A stretch of 63,326 nt of DNA, the filler included. It is 9 parts of 9 records of this genome, joined end to end, with 100 filler letters (N's around TTAATTAATTAA, not from the genome) between each part and the next. Parts side by side here need not be neighbours in the genome. Positions count along the whole stretch, not along the records: positions 50,035 to 63,326 come from SRR31156797_60508; 8 more parts are not named here. One strand, 5' to 3'. This document shows positions 58,175-63,326 of this stretch, piece after piece. Positions within the stretch are counted from its first letter, which is position 1. The number at the start of each line of letters is the position of its first letter. The notes under the pieces are model-generated. The model ran no database searches, had not been told where the DNA came from, and was given only the letters and a program-made list of their open reading frames with translations. Made by a program: the position numbers and the translations under genes.

Positions 58175-59401
58175 CTAAATCAGGCCTTTGGCGGCCATCG
58201 CGTCGGCCAATTTATCGACGAAATAACCCTGGAAACGGTGAATACCCAGCTTCAATCCCCAGCCGATTGCCTCTTCCGTTTCGACCCGGGCGAGAACGAT
58301 TTTGTCCGATCCGACATAACTGACCATATCGCGCAGTTCTTCGTACTGAATGGCGCCGGCGTCTTCCGCGAGGTCGGGGCTCCAGGCGATCTTGATCAGG
58401 TCGGGCTCCAGTATGCCGGGATCGAAATACTGCAGGGTCAAGGGATACAGCCCGTCGATGAGGATGCGGTAACCCTGGTCGCGCAGCCATTTTTTGGCGT
58501 AGTTGAAGGCCCCCATGTCGGAAATCACGTCGATCATCTGAACCTCAACGATGATCTTGTCGGTATGGGGCCGGATCTGGTCGTTGAAGACCTGGAATTC
58601 CGCCGACATGATCGTGCCGATGTGCAGGTTCAGGCTGATCGCGTCCATCTGGTCGTTGAAGTCCGTGCGTCCAACGACGGCCAGGACCCGCCGATCCAGG
58701 ATGTCGGTGACATAGTGGAACAGCCAGGGACTGGCGAACAGATCGACACCGGGCGCCACCTTCGATGCCAGTTCGGCCATTGCCACATAATGTTCGGTGA
58801 ACAGGATCCGGCGGCCGCTGCCGGGCATGACATCGATGGCCGGCTGCTGGCGCAGCAGATCGCCCAGCCGAATCGACTGCAGGCGCCGGTCGACCTGGAC
58901 AAGCGTTGCCGCGTCGAGCGCCGGTTGCAGTCCGCCGTCCGCCGATCCCCGCCGCCGGCTTTGTGCAAGCAGGCCTTTGGCGACGGTTTCGAAGGACGCG
59001 TAATCGCCGTTGTCGGAAAGATCGTACCAGGTGGCGAATTCCTCCGGAACGTCGCCGAATTCGGTCGTCGCCAGCGGGTCTTCGGCGAACAGGGCCTGCA
59101 GCTTGAAGATGGCGGTGTCGATGTCCTCGACCGTGACTTCCCGGCAGATCAGCGCCATGTCCGAATTGGACAGCACGTAAAGGGTGGCGTCCCGGTTGTT
59201 GACCAGGGTGTCGAAGGCACGCGCCGCGATGCGGACGAAATTCGGTTTTCGATAGGGGGCCTGCAGTTCCGACAGATGGAAATGAACGGCGCAGCAGCCG
59301 ACGCGCGACCGTTCGATGCGCCGCAGATGGTCGAGGACCAGGCCTTCCTCATTGACGGCCCCGATATTCGGGGTGGCAGCCGAGGCGCTGATATCCGCCA
59401 T
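58175..59401 (-). CDS. Degenerate EAL-like domain protein B (paralog of A)
   Basis: ISLNL, IIVEV, GYRILIDG, DLIKI, RVET, FQGY. Confidence 0.75.
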   Translation of the reverse strand: MADISASAATPNIGAVNEEGLVLDHLRRIERSRVGCCAVHFHLSELQAPYRKPNFVRIAARAFDTLVNNRDATLYVLSNSDMALICREVTVEDIDTAIFKLQALFAEDPLATTEFGDVPEEFATWYDLSDNGDYASFETVAKGLLAQSRRRGSADGGLQPALDAATLVQVDRRLQSIRLGDLLRQQPAIDVMPGSGRRILFTEHYVAMAELASKVAPGVDLFASPWLFHYVTDILDRRVLAVVGRTDFNDQMDAISLNLHIGTIMSAEFQVFNDQIRPHTDKIIVEVQMIDVISDMGAFNYAKKWLRDQGYRILIDGLYPLTLQYFDPGILEPDLIKIAWSPDLAEDAGAIQYEELRDMVSYVGSDKIVLARVETEEAIGWGLKLGIHRFQGYFVDKLADAMAAKGLI

Positions 59402-59622
59402 TCGATCCTATTTCCCGTTGTCTGCGGAAGCTCCCCCAACCGGACCAACCGCGAAATAAACTTCCCGAAAAAGGGAAAAGCTGCGGCACCGCGACTTTCC
59501 GCCCGGTGCCGGTACACAAAGCTCATCGCACCCATCGGACACGGCTTGAGGGCGCGGCTCGGTTCGGCGATGATAATCGCAGAAACTGTGCCGGTCCAAC
59601 AAAAGGAAGGAGTTCGGGTCAC

Positions 59623-60345
59623 TTGCCTTTACCGCAAATCCCCGAAGGATGCCTGATCTACGCCGTCGGAGACCTCCACGGGCGGTTCGATCTTTTGTGC
59701 CGACTCCACGACAGAATCGTCGACGATGCGGCGAATGCCGGCGATGCCTCGAAAATCATCGTCTATCTGGGCGACTACGTCGATCGCGGACCGCAAACGT
59801 TTGACATCGTCGAGGCGCTGACCGGCGAACCGCTGCCCGGATTCGATCGGGTTTTCCTGAAAGGCAATCACGAGGACATGCTGCTCGGTTTTCTCGATGC
59901 CGGCGACTATGCCGATACCTGGCTGGCCAACGGCGGCGTCGAAACGCTGGCCAGCTACGGCATCGAAGCGGATCGCTTTTTATGGACGGCCGGCGCCATC
60001 GAAGACCTGCGCCGCCAATTCGCGGCGGCTATTCCCGACACCCACATGCGGTTTTTTCGCGGCCTCGAACTGTACCGGGTCTTCGGCGACTATGTCTTCG
60101 CGCATGCCGGACTTCGCCCCGATACCGCGCTGGCCGACCAGCCGAAGCGCGATTTCATGTGGATCCGCCACGAGTTCCTGCAATGCGAGTCGCCCTTCCC
60201 GGGCATCGTCGTGCACGGTCATTCGATTTCGCCGCAACCGGAATTCCGGCGAAACCGGATCGGCATCGATACCGGCGCCTATCGCAGCGGACAGTTGACC
60301 AGTCTGGTGCTCGACGGCGGGATGCGCCGCATCCTGCAAACCTGA
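59623..60345 (+). CDS. Ser/Thr protein phosphatase-family metallophosphoesterase
   Basis: GDLHG, GDYVDRG, GNHE, HAG, HGH, IDTGA; TTG start after AGGAG. Confidence 0.92.
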   Translation: MPLPQIPEGCLIYAVGDLHGRFDLLCRLHDRIVDDAANAGDASKIIVYLGDYVDRGPQTFDIVEALTGEPLPGFDRVFLKGNHEDMLLGFLDAGDYADTWLANGGVETLASYGIEADRFLWTAGAIEDLRRQFAAAIPDTHMRFFRGLELYRVFGDYVFAHAGLRPDTALADQPKRDFMWIRHEFLQCESPFPGIVVHGHSISPQPEFRRNRIGIDTGAYRSGQLTSLVLDGGMRRILQT

Positions 60346-60438
60346 CGGCGCCGATTTCTTTTCTTTTTCATTGGGGCGGTCCGGTGCTAATTTCGCCGGC
60401 GCAAGCCAACGGAAACCGGTCGGGGAAGCGGATAAAAC

Positions 60439-61383
60439 ATGCCTACCAAAAAAAGGGTTCTGGTTACGGGCGGTGCCGGGTTTCTGGGGTCGCATTTGTG
60501 CGAACGCCTGCTCGCCGAGGGCAACGACGTGCTGTGCGTCGACAACCTGTTTACCGGCGACAAGGGAAACATCGCCCATCTGTTGAACGATCCCTATTTC
60601 GAACTGATCCGCCACGACATCACCTTTCCGCTCTATATGGAGGTCGATGAGATCTTCAATCTGGCCTGTCCGGCGTCGCCCGTGCACTATCAGTACGATC
60701 CGGTGCAGACCACCAAGACCAGTGTCCACGGCGCCATCAATATGCTGGGGCTGGCGAAACGGACCGGGGCGAAGATTCTACAGGCGTCGACCAGCGAGAT
60801 TTACGGCGATCCCGAAATCCACCCGCAGACCGAAGACTATCGCGGCAGCGTCAATCCAATCGGGCCCAGGGCCTGTTACGACGAAGGCAAACGCTGCGCC
60901 GAGACGTTGTTTTTCGATTACAAGCGCCAGCACGACCTGAACATCCGGGTCGCCCGTATCTTCAACACCTACGGTCCGCGCATGCGTGCCGACGACGGCC
61001 GGGTGGTCTCCAACTTCGTCGTCCAGGCGCTCAAGTCGGAACCCCTGAGCATCTACGGCGACGGTTCGCAAACCCGGTCCTTCTGCTTCGTCGACGACCT
61101 GATCGACGGCCTGATCCGCCTGATGAACGCACCCGACACCGTGACCGGCCCGATCAACCTGGGTAATCCGGACGAACTGTCGATCGGCGAACTGGCCGAA
61201 CGCGTCGTTGCCATGACCGGGTCGGGTTCGAAGATCGAATATCATCCGCTGCCGGCCGACGATCCGGTTCAGCGCTGCCCGGATATCTCGCTGGCCCGCG
61301 CCGAACTCGGCTGGTCGCCGGGCGTGCGCCTGAAGGACGGGCTGGCCAAAACCATCGACTATTTCAAGGAACGCGAAGCCTGA
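60439..61383 (+). CDS. UDP-glucuronic acid decarboxylase (SDR family)
   Basis: [50 protein letters not shown]. Confidence 0.94.
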   Translation: MPTKKRVLVTGGAGFLGSHLCERLLAEGNDVLCVDNLFTGDKGNIAHLLNDPYFELIRHDITFPLYMEVDEIFNLACPASPVHYQYDPVQTTKTSVHGAINMLGLAKRTGAKILQASTSEIYGDPEIHPQTEDYRGSVNPIGPRACYDEGKRCAETLFFDYKRQHDLNIRVARIFNTYGPRMRADDGRVVSNFVVQALKSEPLSIYGDGSQTRSFCFVDDLIDGLIRLMNAPDTVTGPINLGNPDELSIGELAERVVAMTGSGSKIEYHPLPADDPVQRCPDISLARAELGWSPGVRLKDGLAKTIDYFKEREA

Positions 61384-61411
61384 AACCGCACCGGCGGATA
61401 TCGGCAATCGC

Positions 61412-61900
61412 CTATTCGAGGATTACGCCGACCGGCAGGATGGTCGTGTAGTCGACGCGCGCGTTGGTCAACTGATCGGCGGTCAGGCCGGTGACATCGC
61501 CAAGATTGGCGCCGCGCAGATCGGCTCCCTGGAAGTTGGCGCCGGTGACGTCGGCGCCGCGCAGGGTGGTGTCGGTCAGGATCGCATTCGAAAAATCGGC
61601 ACCGGCAAGGTCGGCCGATTCCAGGACCGCGCCGGTCAAATCGTTGCCCGAAAAATTCTGTCCGGAAAAATCGATGCCGATGAAACCCGATTGGGTCGGA
61701 TTGTTCAGGCTATCGGCATCGGCCGGGTTGACCGCTGCCTGGGCGTTCAACAACGCTTCGGCGATGGGGCTCAAGACGACCTGATCCTCGATCACCCGGC
61801 CGGCCGCCGTCGTTCCCGCCGGCACCACCGGCGAGCGTGCCGAAACCTTCAGATAGGTTCCGTTGATGGCGTTCAGATAGGCGTTGATGCTATCGACCAA
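61412..61900 (-). CDS. Pentapeptide repeat protein
   Basis: Run of A(D/N)LxG/A(D/N)F repeats; GGAGG RBS before TTG start. Confidence 0.85.
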   Translation of the reverse strand: MVDSINAYLNAINGTYLKVSARSPVVPAGTTAAGRVIEDQVVLSPIAEALLNAQAAVNPADADSLNNPTQSGFIGIDFSGQNFSGNDLTGAVLESADLAGADFSNAILTDTTLRGADVTGANFQGADLRGANLGDVTGLTADQLTNARVDYTTILPVGVILE

Positions 61901-62019
61901 CCGGGCTTCCTCCGCCGGGTTCTTCCGTCGCGCGTGGAATATTATAAGATGGAACCGGGTTTTCCGGGATCAACAAATTTCGCCGAAAAATCCGAATAGG
62001 ATGGGCGAGGGGATCGGAC

Positions 62020-62697
62020 ATGGGGCTTCGCGGCAAGGGCGCGCTTATTTTCTGGCATGACATCGGCGACGGAACCGCCGGCGACTACGAGGCTTGGCAC
62101 AGCCACGAACATATGAAGGAGCGCCTGGGCGTGCCCGGCTTTCTGCGCGGCCGGCGCGGCGTACGTGCGGAGCCGGAAGGGCCGCAGTATCTGATTCTCT
62201 ACGAGGTCGAGGACGTATCGGTCCTGACCTCGGCACCCTATCTGGCCCGCCTCGACGACCCGAGCCCGTGGACCCGGCGCGTCGTCGCCAATTTCATCGA
62301 CACCAACCGGACCATCGCCCGCATCACCGCCAGCGCCGGCACCGGGATCGGCATCTTCGTGCTGACCCTTCGCTTTTCGCCGGCCGCCGGCCGCGAGGCC
62401 GCCCTGCGCGACTGGCTGTCGCAGATCGTCTTTCCCGAGTTGGCGTCGCGGCCGGGATTGACCGGCGCTCACCTGCTCGAATCCGATGTTTCGGCCAGCA
62501 ACACGGACACCGGCGAAAAAAAGCTGCGTGACGGGCCCGACGATGTCGCCGACTGGGTGGTTCTGCTCGAAGGCTATGAAGAGGACGCGGTTGCCGAGGC
62601 CGGGACATGGATTGCCGAAAGCGATTCCTATACCGGACCGGCCGCCATCGAAGCGCCGATCGGCAACCGGTTTTGCATCGTCCACAGCGTTTCCTAG
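62020..62697 (+). CDS. Hypothetical protein, EthD/DUF4286-like barrel
   Basis: YEAWH..EH..ERL.VPGF..G.R, YL.LYE. Confidence 0.65.
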   Translation: MGLRGKGALIFWHDIGDGTAGDYEAWHSHEHMKERLGVPGFLRGRRGVRAEPEGPQYLILYEVEDVSVLTSAPYLARLDDPSPWTRRVVANFIDTNRTIARITASAGTGIGIFVLTLRFSPAAGREAALRDWLSQIVFPELASRPGLTGAHLLESDVSASNTDTGEKKLRDGPDDVADWVVLLEGYEEDAVAEAGTWIAESDSYTGPAAIEAPIGNRFCIVHSVS

Positions 62698-62843
62698 GTT
62701 TGCGGCCGGTGGTTCGGGATTTCCCGAATAGCCGTTTTGGTAACCATCCGTTATCCTTTTGCGATTAAAAAAATATGCCGAAACAGGCAATGTTCCGCGC
62801 TGTCGGGGGAGATGGCGCCCAGGAAATACGGGTCTATACCGAA

Positions 62844-63242
62844 ATGTCCGAGCACAACGGTTTCGAACGCGTTACCGTCAAAGCCGGTGATTTTCTCTTC
62901 AACGAAGGGGAAACCGGCGAGGCCGCCTATCTGATCGTCAGTGGGCTGGTTGAAATCCGCACCGGCGCCAAGTCGGATGCGCCGCGCACCGTCGCCAAGC
63001 TGGGGAAAGGCGATATCGTCGGCGAGATGGCCCTGTTCGACCGCAAGCCGCGCATGGCCTCGGCGATCGCCGCCGAGGACACCGTCTCCATCCGGATCGC
63101 CGAAGCCGAATTCCGCGCCCGCCTGGAACACACCGATCCGGTGATGCGCAGCATCATCACGATTCTGGTCAAACGCCTGCGCGAAATGAGCGATCAGGTC
63201 GCCGAACTGAAATCGATGGATTGGCGCTCGCCCGGCGCCTGA
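62844..63242 (+). CDS. Standalone cyclic nucleotide-binding domain protein (alternative start 62775)
   Basis: LFNEGE.G..AYLI.SG.V, GEMAL…PR.ASA. Confidence 0.88.
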   Translation: MSEHNGFERVTVKAGDFLFNEGETGEAAYLIVSGLVEIRTGAKSDAPRTVAKLGKGDIVGEMALFDRKPRMASAIAAEDTVSIRIAEAEFRARLEHTDPVMRSIITILVKRLREMSDQVAELKSMDWRSPGA

Positions 63243-63296
63243 GGGTGTCGCGGGCCGTATCGGCTAAATTCCGGAAAAACCGCCGGCGCAAAAAAA

Positions 63297-63326
63297 TGGC
63301 GCGCCCGGCAGGATTCGAACCTGCGA
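63297..63326 (-). tRNA. 3' part of a tRNA, probably tRNA-Arg (truncated by window end)
   Basis: Reverse complement TCGCAGGTTCGAATCCTGCCGGGCGCGCCA gives a T-arm, acceptor 3' strand CGGGCGC, discriminator G and CCA; anticodon not visible. Confidence 0.85.

Noticed and set aside
50498-59656. Several 440-500 aa ORFs antisense to the contig 9 genes (50498, 51633, 54129, 56977, 58160)
   Set aside because: GC-rich shadow frames opposite genes with recognisable motifs

Overview
This window is not one continuous locus. It is nine contigs joined by eight artificial 100-nt spacers (N runs around TTAATTAATTAA, which puts stops in all six frames), so adjacency across spacers carries no meaning. Contigs 1-7 look like anaerobic Desulfobacterota/Syntrophales-type bacteria. 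Contig 8 (44931-49934) is AT-rich and looks like a Methanosarcinaceae archaeon. Contig 9 (50035-63326) is GC-rich and looks like a Rhodospirillales alphaproteobacterium. Content by contig: (1) three-subunit biotin carboxylase with a divergent carboxyltransferase, two beta-keto acid cleavage enzymes and a TRAP receptor; (2) USP, metF-like, hdrA-mvhD-metV-metF; (3) TPR-CHAT protease, cNMP/CBS/DUF294 protein, DEDDh exonuclease, acs; (4) osmoprotectant ABC genes, queDECF with a structured leader, MCP end; (5) MFS, PAS histidine kinase, Mo/W-bisPGD oxidoreductase and Fe-S partner; (6) UvrD-like helicase, aminopeptidase, yedE-tusA-DUF3343-YjeF-like operon; (7) TSP3-repeat and Cys-repeat lipoproteins, Wzz/CpsD-like, ParA; (8) archaeal pilin, epimerase, manC, small accessory ORF plus Na+/solute symporter; (9) signalling genes, cobD, ABC-2 exporter, two degenerate EAL proteins, partial tRNA-Arg. 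Strongest novelty candidates: a putative ketone carboxylation/BKACE catabolic pathway, a molybdoenzyme with Glu at the metal-ligand position, a preQ1-like leader on queDECF, and the YedE-linked S/Se module. All family calls come from motif recognition by eye, not database searches.
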